From an uncultured Bacteroidota bacterium (GTDB lineage: Bacteria > Bacteroidota > Ignavibacteria > UBA10030 > UBA8401): 64,000 bases of DNA. Below are positions 47,897 through 58,052 of this stretch, one piece after another. A program made the translations under genes and the position numbers. The stretch covers positions 1,372,856 to 1,436,855 of the forward strand of contig CAWGZY010000003.1 of assembly GCA_963827085.1 (NCBI GenBank), read 5' to 3'. The notes beneath the pieces are model-generated. The model was not told the origin of the DNA. It saw only the letters and a list, made by a program, of their open reading frames with translations, and searched no databases. How positions within the stretch are numbered: the first letter of the stretch is position 1; each line of letters starts with the position of its first letter.

Positions 47897-50758
47897 ATGG
47901 CCGACAAGAAAAAAACTAATTCGGAATTATTAAACGAAGTCGCGGGGCTGCGCCGGAAGATAGCAGCTTTGGAAGAGATCGAACGAAAGTGCCTCCAAGA
48001 GCGCATTCTTCTCCGCACACTGATTAATAACCTGCCCGATGCAATCTACGCCAAAGACGCTTCCTGCCGCAAGACTATGGCTAACCCTGCGGATGTGCAT
48101 AATATGGGATTGCAGTCAGAGACTGACGTCTTGGGTAAGAACGACTTTGAACTTTTTCCAAAAGATGTCGCTGAGGGGTTCTTCGCCGACGATCAATCGG
48201 TGATCCAAAGCGGCAAAGCCGTACTCAACAGAGAAGAGTATTTCATCGATGAGGATGGAAAAAAACATTGGCTGATGACTTCTAAACTTCCTTTGAAAGA
48301 CGAAGGGGGCAAAATTGTCGGGCTTATAGGCATTGGCCGCGACATCACTGAAAGAAAAAATGTCGAAGAGGCGCTCCGGCATGAAAAAGCATTTATGGAC
48401 GCGCTCATGGACAGCGTCCCGGACAGCATCTACTTTAAAGATCGTCAATGCCGATTGACAAAAATAAACCGCAAAATGATGAATGATCTGAAATTTGAAG
48501 ATATGAACCAGGTGATCGGGAAGACCGAAGTAGATTTATTTGGCGAGGAGTTTGGCCGAAAGACGTTAGAAAGCGAGCTGCACCTGATGGCAATAGGTAA
48601 ACCAATCGTGGGCTTAACCGAGAGCAGACAATTGGCTGACGGAAGCACCTGCTGGACGTCGACCACAAAGGTCCCGATGCGGGACGACAACGGTCAAATC
48701 GTCGGACTTGTCGGCATCACGCGAGAGATCAATGAATTCATGAAAGTACAAGAGGAACGCGAACATGAGCGCCACCTTCTTCGCACATTGATCAACAACC
48801 TCCCCGATGCGATCTATGCAAAGGATGCTTCCTGCCGCAAGACAATTGCCAACCCCGCAGATGTACATAACATGGGGCTGCAGTCGGAGGCGGAAGTTCT
48901 GGGCAAAGACGATTTCGAACTCTTTCCACAAGAGGTCGCAGAGAAATTCTACGCCGACGACCAGGTGGTGCTCCAATCCGGCATTCCGGTGCTCAACAGG
49001 GAAGAGTATTTCGTCGATGGAGAAGGGAGAAAGCACTGGCTTGTGACGTCGAAGCTTCCTTTGACGGACCAGCACGGAAAAGTTGCCGGGCTCATCGGCA
49101 TCGGCCGCGACATCACGGAACGTAAGCAAGCCGAAGAGCAGGTTCGTCTGCAACTCTCGGTGATCGCAGAGCAGAACCTTGAACTTGAAAAAGCCCGCGA
49201 TGCGGCGATGGAAGCGAACAAAACGAAGAGCGCCTTTTTGGCAAGCATGTCCCACGAATTACGGACGCCGCTCAATGCCATTATCGGATACAGCGAAATG
49301 ATCGCCGAGGAAATGAGCGATGACGGTGAAACACGGTACCACGGCGACCTTGACAGAATTCACATGGCGGGTAAAAATCTCCTCGAGCTGATCAACGAAG
49401 TCCTTGATCTCTCGAAGATCGAAGCAGGAAAAATGGAGCTCTACGTTGAGGAATTCCAGCTGAACAGCCTTATCGATGAAGTGGTGTCAACAGTTCAGCC
49501 GCTCACAGAAAAGAATGAAAATTCCCTTCTTGTGAACATCGCGAAAGATATCCCGACCGTGCGTCTCGACCACACCAAAGTGAGGCAAATTCTTTTCAAC
49601 CTCATCAGCAACGCCTCTAAATTCACTCAAGAAGGAACAATAACCTTGAGTGCCGCCACTATTCCTCCCGCAGACCACACTGGCACCAAAATTGTCCTCA
49701 AGGTTTCAGACACAGGAATTGGCCTTACCGAAGAGCAAAAATTGAAGCTCTTCAAAGAATTCTCACAGGCAGATAGTTCTACTACCCGGAAGTACGGCGG
49801 TACAGGACTTGGCCTGGCAATCACGAAGCATTTCACAGAAATGATGCACGGCACCATTGAGATAGAAAGTGCACCGAACCAAGGCACTACATTTACAGTA
49901 ACATTACCTCAGTCCATTGAAGACACGGGAGAAAAGAAAGCGCCGGCAATCGCTCCGGCAGAAAAGGCACCGGCGCCGCTTCCGACCAATACTGCAGTAT
50001 TGGTCGTGGACGACGATCAGGGTGTCCGGGATTTGCTCTTTCGATATTTATCGAAAGAAGGCTATCTGGTCGAATGTGTGGCCAGCGGCGACGAGGGGAT
50101 AAAGCGGGCAAAAGAAATCCTGCCGATGGCCATCATTCTTGATGTGATGATGCCCCGAAAAGATGGATGGGCCGTTCTCCAGGATATTAAAAACGATCCG
50201 ACGCTGAAGTCCATCCCCGTCGTCATGTATACAATGCTGGATGAAAAAAATTTCGGGCTTGCAATTGGGGCGTCAGAGTATCTCATCAAACCGGTGAACA
50301 AGGAAAAAATTCTGCAGGTCCTGGAAAAATACAAACAGAGAGCGCCCAGCGAGTACATTCTCATTGTTGACGACAACCCCGACCTGCGAACAATGGCTTC
50401 CCGGGCAATTCAAAAAGCGGGATGGGAAGTGCGAACGGCGGACAACGGAAAATCGGCGCTCGCGCTTCTTGAAATCATACTCCCGAGCATCATCTTTTTA
50501 GACATCATGATGCCCGTGATGGACGGCTTCGAATTCCTCAGCATCTTCCAGAACCGCGAAGAGTGGAAACATATCCCGGTCGTTGTTATCACCTCAAAAG
50601 ATTTGATGGCAGAAGAACGGCAGCAGTTGAACGGCATTGTCAAAAAAGTAATTCAGAAAGGCGACTTCACGCCGGAAAAACTTCTGAAACAAATTTCATT
50701 TCTTATCCCTCAACTCACAACACAAAATATTTCGCTTATAGGAGCGGCAAATGGCTAA
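47897..50758 (+). CDS. Cytoplasmic hybrid sensor histidine kinase: coiled-coil, three PAS domains (first and third near-identical), HisKA, HATPase_c, two receiver domains
   Basis: The H-box is MSHELRTPLNAIIGYSEM. The ATP-binding box is GTGLGLAI. The receiver aspartates sit in ILDVMMPRKDG and FLDIMMPVMDG. There is no transmembrane segment. Confidence 0.9.
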   Translation: MADKKKTNSELLNEVAGLRRKIAALEEIERKCLQERILLRTLINNLPDAIYAKDASCRKTMANPADVHNMGLQSETDVLGKNDFELFPKDVAEGFFADDQSVIQSGKAVLNREEYFIDEDGKKHWLMTSKLPLKDEGGKIVGLIGIGRDITERKNVEEALRHEKAFMDALMDSVPDSIYFKDRQCRLTKINRKMMNDLKFEDMNQVIGKTEVDLFGEEFGRKTLESELHLMAIGKPIVGLTESRQLADGSTCWTSTTKVPMRDDNGQIVGLVGITREINEFMKVQEEREHERHLLRTLINNLPDAIYAKDASCRKTIANPADVHNMGLQSEAEVLGKDDFELFPQEVAEKFYADDQVVLQSGIPVLNREEYFVDGEGRKHWLVTSKLPLTDQHGKVAGLIGIGRDITERKQAEEQVRLQLSVIAEQNLELEKARDAAMEANKTKSAFLASMSHELRTPLNAIIGYSEMIAEEMSDDGETRYHGDLDRIHMAGKNLLELINEVLDLSKIEAGKMELYVEEFQLNSLIDEVVSTVQPLTEKNENSLLVNIAKDIPTVRLDHTKVRQILFNLISNASKFTQEGTITLSAATIPPADHTGTKIVLKVSDTGIGLTEEQKLKLFKEFSQADSSTTRKYGGTGLGLAITKHFTEMMHGTIEIESAPNQGTTFTVTLPQSIEDTGEKKAPAIAPAEKAPAPLPTNTAVLVVDDDQGVRDLLFRYLSKEGYLVECVASGDEGIKRAKEILPMAIILDVMMPRKDGWAVLQDIKNDPTLKSIPVVMYTMLDEKNFGLAIGASEYLIKPVNKEKILQVLEKYKQRAPSEYILIVDDNPDLRTMASRAIQKAGWEVRTADNGKSALALLEIILPSIIFLDIMMPVMDGFEFLSIFQNREEWKHIPVVVITSKDLMAEERQQLNGIVKKVIQKGDFTPEKLLKQISFLIPQLTTQNISLIGAANG

Positions 50759-51116
50759 GCTGCTTGTGGTAGAAGATAATGAGATCAACCTCGACATGAT
50801 GGTTCGCAGGCTTCAACGGCGCGGTTATACCATCGTCACTGCGGTCGACGGACAACAGGGGATCGACAAAACGCACTCAGAAAACCCCGACCTCATTCTT
50901 ATGGATATGAGCCTCCCGGTCGTAGACGGTTGGGAGGCGACTCGGCAAATCAAAAACGACCCGAGCGTCAACCACATACCGGTTGTCGGCTTAACTGCCC
51001 ATGCCATGGTCGGCGACAAAGAAAAGGCTCTCAATGCAGGATGCGATGATTACGCAACCAAACCGGTCGAGTTTGAAAAACTGGTCGAGTTGATAAATCG
51101 CTTGATTCGTGTTTGA
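50751..51116 (+). CDS. Single-domain response regulator (receiver), translationally coupled to the hybrid kinase
   Basis: Its start overlaps the kinase stop by 8 nt (ATGGCTAA). The receiver aspartate context is LILMDMSLPVVDG. Confidence 0.9.
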   Translation: MAKLLVVEDNEINLDMMVRRLQRRGYTIVTAVDGQQGIDKTHSENPDLILMDMSLPVVDGWEATRQIKNDPSVNHIPVVGLTAHAMVGDKEKALNAGCDDYATKPVEFEKLVELINRLIRV

Positions 51117-51130
51117 CGGAGCGGGAAAAG

Positions 51131-52213
51131 TCAGGCGGCTTGAAGCGGTAACACGATGGTAAATGTCGTTCCTTTTCCTTCTTTTGATTCTGCCGTTATT
51201 GTTCCGCCGTGTGCCTCAATGATCCCTCGACAGATCGGAAGACCCAGCCCCGTTTTGGTCCCTGCCCGCTTTGACCCCGGCGTCGTGATTCTCATTTTGT
51301 CAAAAAGCATGGGAATTTCTTTTGCCGGAATTCCAACGCCGGTATCGCTGAACCTCACAACGACAGAGCCCTGCTCGGCGACCGCGGAAATAAAAACGGA
51401 GCCTCCTTGTGGTGTGAATCGAAACGCATTGTCGAGGAGCTGAGTGAACACTTTTTCAATTCGGTCGGGGTCTATGTACAGCATCGGCAAATTGGGTAAA
51501 TCGATTTTCACTTCAATTGATTTTTCTTGCTGAGCCTTCGAAAGGCTGGAAACACTCCGCTCAACGATGTCGCGAAGGCTCTCCTGATTCCGATACATTT
51601 TTGACTCTCCGGCATCCAGCTGTGTGATCTCTAAAAAATCTATCACAAGATTGAGCATGAGCCTTGCCGCTTTGCCGATCTCATCAACCAACTCGCCGAT
51701 TTCCGGTTCAAACTTTTCTTTATCTTCCGAAAGCATTTCTGCGAAACCTACGATACCGCCAAGCGGGCCCCGCAGGTCATGCACGATCATTGACGTGAAG
51801 CCTTCCTGCATCTCCCGCAATGTTCTTTCCGCCTCCGCGATTCTCAGGATAGCGCGTACGCGTACTTCGAACTCCTCCGTCGCCATCGGTTTCTTCCAAT
51901 ACTCTGTGCCGCCGTACTTGTAACCGGACTCGATATTATCCGGAGCGGTACTGTAGCCGGTTAGAAACACGATCGGCGTATACCGTAATTGCGGCATTTG
52001 TTTCAGCTGTTTGATGACTTCGTAGCCGTCGAGTTTCGGCATGTGAACGTCGAGCAGCACGAGGTCGAAACTTGAAGACCGGGCTTTTTGAAGGCACTCT
52101 TCACCGTCAAACGCTTTGGTAACGTCGAAATTATTCCGTTCCAGCACGGATGCGAGAACATCGGTAATCCCGGGTTCGTCGTCGGCAATGAGTATTTTTT
52201 GTTTTTCAGCCAT
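51131..52213 (-). CDS. Receiver-histidine kinase fusion (REC-HisKA-HATPase_c)
   Basis: The N-terminal receiver has LVLLDVHMPKLDG. The H-box is MIVHDLRGPLGGIVGFAEML. The C-terminal ATPase ends FTIVLPL. It converges with the receiver gene at 50751. Confidence 0.9.
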   Translation of the reverse strand: MAEKQKILIADDEPGITDVLASVLERNNFDVTKAFDGEECLQKARSSSFDLVLLDVHMPKLDGYEVIKQLKQMPQLRYTPIVFLTGYSTAPDNIESGYKYGGTEYWKKPMATEEFEVRVRAILRIAEAERTLREMQEGFTSMIVHDLRGPLGGIVGFAEMLSEDKEKFEPEIGELVDEIGKAARLMLNLVIDFLEITQLDAGESKMYRNQESLRDIVERSVSSLSKAQQEKSIEVKIDLPNLPMLYIDPDRIEKVFTQLLDNAFRFTPQGGSVFISAVAEQGSVVVRFSDTGVGIPAKEIPMLFDKMRITTPGSKRAGTKTGLGLPICRGIIEAHGGTITAESKEGKGTTFTIVLPLQAA

Positions 52214-52247
52214 TTAAAAAATGGTATTAGGTATTAGCTTTTAGGCT

Positions 52248-53243
52248 TTAGGTTTTCAAGATTTCGTCAATCTTTCGAATTTCTCCCTCATCAAGCGGGG
52301 GCTGTTTTATGATTCCAACCGCATCCTCGACCTGGGACACCTTGCTTGCACCGATCAAGACCGATGTCACTTCAGGGTTTCGCAAAATCCACGCCAAAGA
52401 CATCTGCGCTAAAGTCTGTCCCCGCCGGAGAGCAACTTCATTCAAGCGGGAAATTTTCTCCAATTTTTCCGCGGTAATTTGTTCAGGCCGCAAGAAACCG
52501 CTGGGTTTCGAAGCTCGAGAATCCGGGGGAATGCCGTGAAGATATTTATCGGTCAACATTCCTTGAGCCAGCGGTGAGAAGGCGATGCACCCGATTCCTT
52601 CTTCCCGAAGCACACCGAGCAATCCTGTCTCGACCCAGCGCTCGAACATGCTGTATTTCGGCTGATGAATGAGGCACGGAGTTCCCAGCGAGCGGAGTAT
52701 TTTTGCCGCCTGCCGGGTCAGGTCGGCGGGATAATTAGATATGCCGGCATACAACGCCTTGCCGCTTCGCACGATATGATCAAGAGCTCCCATTGTTTCT
52801 TCCAGTGGCGTCTTTGGGTCGGGTCGATGATGATAAAAGATATCGACATATTCCAAACCCATCCGCTGAAGGCTTTGATCGAGACTGGCGACAAGATATT
52901 TCCGCGAGCCCCAATCGCCGTACGGCCCGGGCCACATATCGTACCCTGCTTTGGTGGAGATAATGAGTTCGTCACGGTACGAAACAAGGTCATCTTTCAA
53001 TATCCTGCCGAAGTTATCCTCGGCGGAACCGGGAGGGGGGCCATAATTATTGGCGAGATCAAAGTGGGTAATGCCGGCGTCGAAGGCGCTCCAGACGATC
53101 GATCGGGCATTCTTCAGAGTATCCACTCCGCCGAAGTTATGCCACAGGCCGAGAGAAACGACAGGTAATTGTATTCCGGAACGGCCGCAGCGGTTGTATC
53201 GCATTTTGTCATATCTATTGTCGGCGGGTCGATAAGAGGACAT
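52248..53243 (-). CDS. Aldo/keto reductase (YghZ/L-glyceraldehyde-3-phosphate reductase-like, AKR14-type)
   Basis: The N-terminus is MRYNRCGRSGIQLPVVSLGLWHNFG. DLANNYG and other AKR motifs follow. It is 331 aa. Confidence 0.9.
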   Translation of the reverse strand: MSSYRPADNRYDKMRYNRCGRSGIQLPVVSLGLWHNFGGVDTLKNARSIVWSAFDAGITHFDLANNYGPPPGSAEDNFGRILKDDLVSYRDELIISTKAGYDMWPGPYGDWGSRKYLVASLDQSLQRMGLEYVDIFYHHRPDPKTPLEETMGALDHIVRSGKALYAGISNYPADLTRQAAKILRSLGTPCLIHQPKYSMFERWVETGLLGVLREEGIGCIAFSPLAQGMLTDKYLHGIPPDSRASKPSGFLRPEQITAEKLEKISRLNEVALRRGQTLAQMSLAWILRNPEVTSVLIGASKVSQVEDAVGIIKQPPLDEGEIRKIDEILKT

Positions 53244-53700
53244 ATAGTATTAATCCTTTAATGCTTTCACAAGTACGATAATTTCGATGAGGAAGACTCC
53301 AACGCGAAAAGGAAGAGATATTCTCCTCATTGGACAAACATACAAAATTTTTTCCATAATATAAACAAGCAATCCACCAAGCGAGCAAAATACATTAAAG
53401 AACGCCTCCGGAAATCAAGTATCTAATGATAACACACAATAGCGTATTTACTGACTGCGCCCCTGCATACAACCGTCATAACTTCAGCATCTCCAAAAAG
53501 CACTGCAAGAGGGGCAAAATTTTATTACATTATTCATCCAATGGCCCTGTGATAGGCGTATATTGCAGAAAAACTATATCGTTGTGACTAGGCCAACACT
53601 CAACTGAAAAGTGTTGAAAGCGGCCCTGACACCCGGGGCAAAAGAATATAATTGCCGCCGCGTGGCAGCATTGATCGAACATCCAAGAAAGGGTGCTATC

Positions 53701-55236
53701 ATGAGTAAGAGTTTCATTGTTTTTCTTTTCGTCATCGGAATATTTCCTTGCCGATTGTCAGCACAATATTCCGACTCTCTTCTGATCCGGAATACTGGCG
53801 TTAACGTTCTCGCACGTGCGATTCTTGGGGATACGCTCTCAAATGGAAGCCGGAGGGATGTGAATCGGGTGTATGTCCTGATGAGGGGGGAACGATATAT
53901 CAACAGCACAACGATTACCAACAACGGCTATCATTTGCGGATTGCCGGCCAGCCTGCTCCCCTTTCCGGAATCGATCCTGGTCCGGCAGTTATCCAGCTC
54001 GCTCCCGATTCTTTGCGGTATCTTCTCAACGACCGGGTCACGGACTTGATCATAGACGCCCATGGAGATCTGACCATCTCCAATGTGTGGTTTCTTTCAT
54101 GGATCGCCTCAGGAGCGCAGCTTTGGGAACCGATAAACGAAGAGAAGGACAGTGCGAATGTTCGGATCGACCGCTGCATCTTCGAGTGGCAGGAGGGGCC
54201 GGCGGTTCACGTGAGCGGAAAATGGACGAATGTCTTTCTTACCAACGATATGTTTCGCAACGCGATCTACAAGGACGAGTGGTGGGCGGGCCGAGTTATT
54301 TATTATACTGCGCCCGCGGACACGCTCGTGGAAATCAACAACACGCTTGAGAATGTGGGCTTCGGCCTGATTCAGTCGCAGGGAATCGGGCTCAATTATT
54401 ATTTTTGTGATCATAACACTGTTGTGAATTGCGCCAAGTTCTGCTGGCTGGAGAGTTATTACAGGAAGGCGTTCATCGCCAATAATCTTCTAGTGAATTG
54501 TCATTTCACCGGCGAGCGCATGATGGACCGCCGATTTCAGGACCCTGACACTTTTTTGTACGGCCAGACAATAAACATCGACACTCTTAGAACCGGGGGA
54601 CGAAAAATAACCGCCGCCGAAGCGATAAGGCGTTACGGAAGCGATGCAGTTCAATTCGCAGATGACCATACAGTCAGCCCGACAGACCCGCAGGAACTCA
54701 ACCGGGTCATCGTCTACTGCAACAATGCCAGCTATTTTGACACAACTGACTTTTACGGCTTCTACAGAAAATACAACGATACTGTCTCTTCTGATGCCGG
54801 TAAGATACTTCCTGAACCAGTTACGAATTCACGCACTCAATCGATGTGGTCGTGGCATCCTCATATGATCAGCCGCGGGTCTGTCGACGGAATCGATCCG
54901 GGCTTCACATTCATGCCCGACAATATGCCTTTGATACTCGCGTTTCTTGAGGACATGTACTCTCCTTCACCAAAGAATATCATTTTCTGGGGCTACGATC
55001 CTGACAACCCGAATGATCCGGCGTCAGCCAGAAATATGACCGGCGTGTATAAGAATTCATCCCATGGCAAGTATCCTACCAAAGAAGATTTCGCATTTAG
55101 TAATCGAACATTATTGAAAGCGGGTCTTGATGGTTATCCTGTCGGCGATTTGAATTGGTTCCCCGAAGAACTCTTGAGATGGAGAGCCGCGCAAGATAAG
55201 GCTCTGATAATGGGAATGCTCGTAAACGGCAAGTAG
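53701..55236 (+). CDS. Secreted beta-helix-like protein, paralog of 29255..30997 lacking the T9SS sorting domain
   Basis: Start taken at MSKSFIVFLFVIGIFPCRLSAQ (53701); the ORF opens at 53611. It shares GDTLSNG...NRVYVL and GDLNWFPEEL with 29255..30997. N-rich repeating rungs are present. Confidence 0.75.
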   Translation: MSKSFIVFLFVIGIFPCRLSAQYSDSLLIRNTGVNVLARAILGDTLSNGSRRDVNRVYVLMRGERYINSTTITNNGYHLRIAGQPAPLSGIDPGPAVIQLAPDSLRYLLNDRVTDLIIDAHGDLTISNVWFLSWIASGAQLWEPINEEKDSANVRIDRCIFEWQEGPAVHVSGKWTNVFLTNDMFRNAIYKDEWWAGRVIYYTAPADTLVEINNTLENVGFGLIQSQGIGLNYYFCDHNTVVNCAKFCWLESYYRKAFIANNLLVNCHFTGERMMDRRFQDPDTFLYGQTINIDTLRTGGRKITAAEAIRRYGSDAVQFADDHTVSPTDPQELNRVIVYCNNASYFDTTDFYGFYRKYNDTVSSDAGKILPEPVTNSRTQSMWSWHPHMISRGSVDGIDPGFTFMPDNMPLILAFLEDMYSPSPKNIIFWGYDPDNPNDPASARNMTGVYKNSSHGKYPTKEDFAFSNRTLLKAGLDGYPVGDLNWFPEELLRWRAAQDKALIMGMLVNGK

Positions 55237-55319
55237 GTTTTTTGTTAATGACCAATCGGATCATGGAGTTTGTTTTGCTTCAAAATATTCAAAAAATATC
55301 ATAGCATAAGGAGAACCAA

Positions 55320-55793
55320 ATGAAATCCCTGTATCGAGTGATCTTCGTTGTCTTATTTTCTTTTCCGCTTTTGACTGGCTATGCGCAGGACAACAGCAAA
55401 CTGCAAGGCGCATGGGAACTGATTTCTCAAAAAATTGACGGTAAAGACAAAGCATTAACCGGGACACGGATAAGACTTATCACAGCAAGCCATTTCGCGT
55501 GGATCAAGCAAGATACAAAAATGGCCAAAGAACTCCTGGCGAAAGGAACTGCTCATGACTCCGCTGTGGCGTTTCACGATGTCGCCGGGGCTGGTACTTA
55601 CAAACTTAACGGAGACACATACACAGAGACGACGGAATTCTTCTATGATCCGCAGAACCTCGGCACTTCCATTGATTGGAAGATCAAGCTCGAAGGCAAT
55701 CTCTGGCATTCCACGGGACATTATGTACATTACAAAGATGGCAAAAAGAATGAAGACCTTCTTTTAGAAGAGGTTTGGAAAAAGATAGAATAA
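55320..55793 (+). CDS. Small secreted lipocalin-like/beta-barrel protein of unknown function
   Basis: It has a signal peptide (MKSLYRVIFVVLFSFPLLTGYAQ). The beta-rich 157-aa product carries GAWELISQKIDG. Confidence 0.55.
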   Translation: MKSLYRVIFVVLFSFPLLTGYAQDNSKLQGAWELISQKIDGKDKALTGTRIRLITASHFAWIKQDTKMAKELLAKGTAHDSAVAFHDVAGAGTYKLNGDTYTETTEFFYDPQNLGTSIDWKIKLEGNLWHSTGHYVHYKDGKKNEDLLLEEVWKKIE

Positions 55794-55951
55794 CACATGC
55801 AATATTCCAATAAATAACTTTTGTGTTACCGCCATATGCTAAGAACGCCAAGAGTAATATTCTTTTTAAAACTTATCACCTCTTGGCGTCTTGGCGGTGA
55901 AAAAATGATGGCTTATTAAATCGAAGCAGCCCGAACCAGGGTCGCTTCTCT

Positions 55952-57487
55952 TTGACCAATCTCATGAAACTCTCATTTAGCGCGTTCAGTCTTATCACTA
56001 TTTGCATTTTATTGGACGGTTGTGCGGAGCGGATAGAAAAAGAAGTCCCTCCAAGCAAGGAGTTTAGATCGTTTATCGTGCGCAAGGGGGATAAACTTAT
56101 GGATGGTGATCGTGAGTTCCGGTTTTTCGGCCTGGCCGCGCCGAATATCCAGCAGAATGAATCGCAGCTGAGAACGGACATGGCAAATCGTTTCCCCGAT
56201 GAGTTTGAGATTCGTGATCTCTTCAGCGGCATTCAGCGCGTCGGGGGTGTCGCGACGCGGACGTTCACGCTTTCGATCTCTGCGCCGCAGGACAGCGGAG
56301 TTCCGGTCTATATTTCAGCTCGACGCACGTATAACGAAGAAGCGTTTCGATGTCTCGACCATGTCATCGCCCTTGCGCCTGAGTACAATATTCGTCTGAT
56401 CATCCCGGTAATCGCTTCACAATCGTTTAACGGTATCCGCGGCGTTGACGAGTTCTCTGCATTGGCAGGCAAGCCGAAAGGATCCTTCTGGACGGACGAA
56501 GAGGTCAAAGCCGATTTCAAACATCTTCTTGGTTATATCCTCAACAGAAAAAATACGGTCAACGGGAAACTCTATAAGAACGACCCAGCGATTCTCGCGT
56601 GGCAGTTGGGGAATGAATTTGGAAGTTATGCAGGCGACCGCAAATTGAATTACGATGAGTTGAGCCCGAAGATCTTACATTGGAGCCTTGAAATGGCTGC
56701 CTATATCAAAGCGATCGACCCCAATCATCTGGTCATGGAAGCCGGCGGAGCCGATCGGAAATCGTTTCTTGCGGATTCAAACATCGATATGATCAGCGAC
56801 CACCTTTACGAATACTGGAGCAGGATGGGGAATAATCCGTGGATTTTGGGACCGATCGCTCACGATTCGAGGGAAGAATGCAAAGGGAAAAAACCTCTTG
56901 TCGTCGATGAATTCGGACTGGGAAGCACAGAAAACCTGACGAGTCTTATGGATACGATCTGCAATTCCGGAATTTCGGGGGGGCTCCTGTGGAGCATCAG
57001 AAGCCACCGGCGCGATGGGGGCTGGTATTATCACAATGAGGGGGGAACGAAGGTGAACTCATACCACATTCCCGGTTTTGCCGACGGATTTCATTATGAC
57101 GAAACTCGCATGCTCGATCTCCTCAGAGTCATGGCGTTCAAAATTCGCGGCATCCAACCGGCCGAAATTGAAAAGCCGAATCCAGCCCCGGTATTGATCG
57201 TGAAAGATCATGGCTTTACCTGGAGAGGTTCGGCAGGAGCGCGATTCTATACGATCGAACGGTCTGAGAACCCTTCGGGACCCTGGAAGATACTTGCCAC
57301 CGGGCTTTACGATTCCGTGGTGGAAGATGTTGCGCAATTCGAACCCAGTCCCGAGGCTTCGGAAGCATTGGTGTTGTATCACGATGAAACCCGTAACAAG
57401 GGAGCGACATATTATTATCGCATCAAAGCAGCCAATGAGATTGGAGAGACTGATTATTCAAACGTGGTTGAAGTTCGCGGCTTGTAG
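55952..57487 (+). CDS. GH5-like (clan GH-A) lipoprotein, putative endo-beta-glycanase, with C-terminal FN3-like domain
   Basis: The lipobox is ILLDGC. The TIM-barrel region carries ILAWQLGNEFGSYAG. The C-terminal FTWRGSAGARFYTIERSENPSGPWKILATG is FN3-like. Confidence 0.65.
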   Translation: MTNLMKLSFSAFSLITICILLDGCAERIEKEVPPSKEFRSFIVRKGDKLMDGDREFRFFGLAAPNIQQNESQLRTDMANRFPDEFEIRDLFSGIQRVGGVATRTFTLSISAPQDSGVPVYISARRTYNEEAFRCLDHVIALAPEYNIRLIIPVIASQSFNGIRGVDEFSALAGKPKGSFWTDEEVKADFKHLLGYILNRKNTVNGKLYKNDPAILAWQLGNEFGSYAGDRKLNYDELSPKILHWSLEMAAYIKAIDPNHLVMEAGGADRKSFLADSNIDMISDHLYEYWSRMGNNPWILGPIAHDSREECKGKKPLVVDEFGLGSTENLTSLMDTICNSGISGGLLWSIRSHRRDGGWYYHNEGGTKVNSYHIPGFADGFHYDETRMLDLLRVMAFKIRGIQPAEIEKPNPAPVLIVKDHGFTWRGSAGARFYTIERSENPSGPWKILATGLYDSVVEDVAQFEPSPEASEALVLYHDETRNKGATYYYRIKAANEIGETDYSNVVEVRGL

Positions 57488-57511
57488 TGTTGTGCAGTAG
57501 TGCTTTGCATA

Positions 57512-57548
57512 GAAAGCATCTCAAAAATACGATGCTTTCGTTTCGGTT
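57512..57548 (+). terminator. Candidate rho-independent terminator downstream of the GH5-like gene
   Basis: GAAAGCATC - tcaaaaatac - GATGCTTTC forms a 9-bp stem, followed by GTTTCGGTT. Confidence 0.45.
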
Positions 57549-57632
57549 CAGCGGAACGGAAGCATCGAAGGGCAACAAGCGGAATATTTCTGAAAGAACT
57601 TCTGTTAAAATTCAAACATGTTACACTAAAAA

Positions 57633-58052
57633 CTATTGGCCCGGCTGATACGCATTCATCCCGGCCTTGGCTATTTCAAAATCTTGTTCACCGGTGGCGC
57701 CGCTAAAGACCGTCAAGATAAAACCGGATGGAACTTTTTTTATCATCCCCCCCTGATACCCAAATTCCCCCTGATACGGCGGCCTTACGTTGCTTCCGCT
57801 GATCAGCTTAGTATCGGCCATTTCTGCCGCTTTAGAATAAGCAACCGCGATAAAGTTGGTGCCCGGATACTTTTCCTGCGCAGGATTTTCAGGAATAGCC
57901 TTCATTGTCTCCACAGCCTTCATTTGAGATACCCACGAGAATCCGGCTACGTCCATGCTTGCGACTACTATCACTCCTTTCACTCCGAGTTTTCTCGCAT
58001 GCTTTTCCATTTCGGTGATCATCCTTCCCGCAACAACTTGAAAATTTTCCAT
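57633..58052 (-). CDS. GlcG/HbpS-like (DUF336) protein
   Basis: It is 139 aa. The motifs GGMIKKVPSGFILTVFSGATGEQDFEIAKAG are typical of the GlcG family. Confidence 0.65.
   Translation of the reverse strand: MENFQVVAGRMITEMEKHARKLGVKGVIVVASMDVAGFSWVSQMKAVETMKAIPENPAQEKYPGTNFIAVAYSKAAEMADTKLISGSNVRPPYQGEFGYQGGMIKKVPSGFILTVFSGATGEQDFEIAKAGMNAYQPGQ

Noticed and set aside
47998-49140. A diversity-generating retroelement (template/variable repeat) as the explanation for the near-identical PAS-coding repeats
   Set aside because: The differences are spread over all base types and are mostly synonymous. No reverse transcriptase gene is present.
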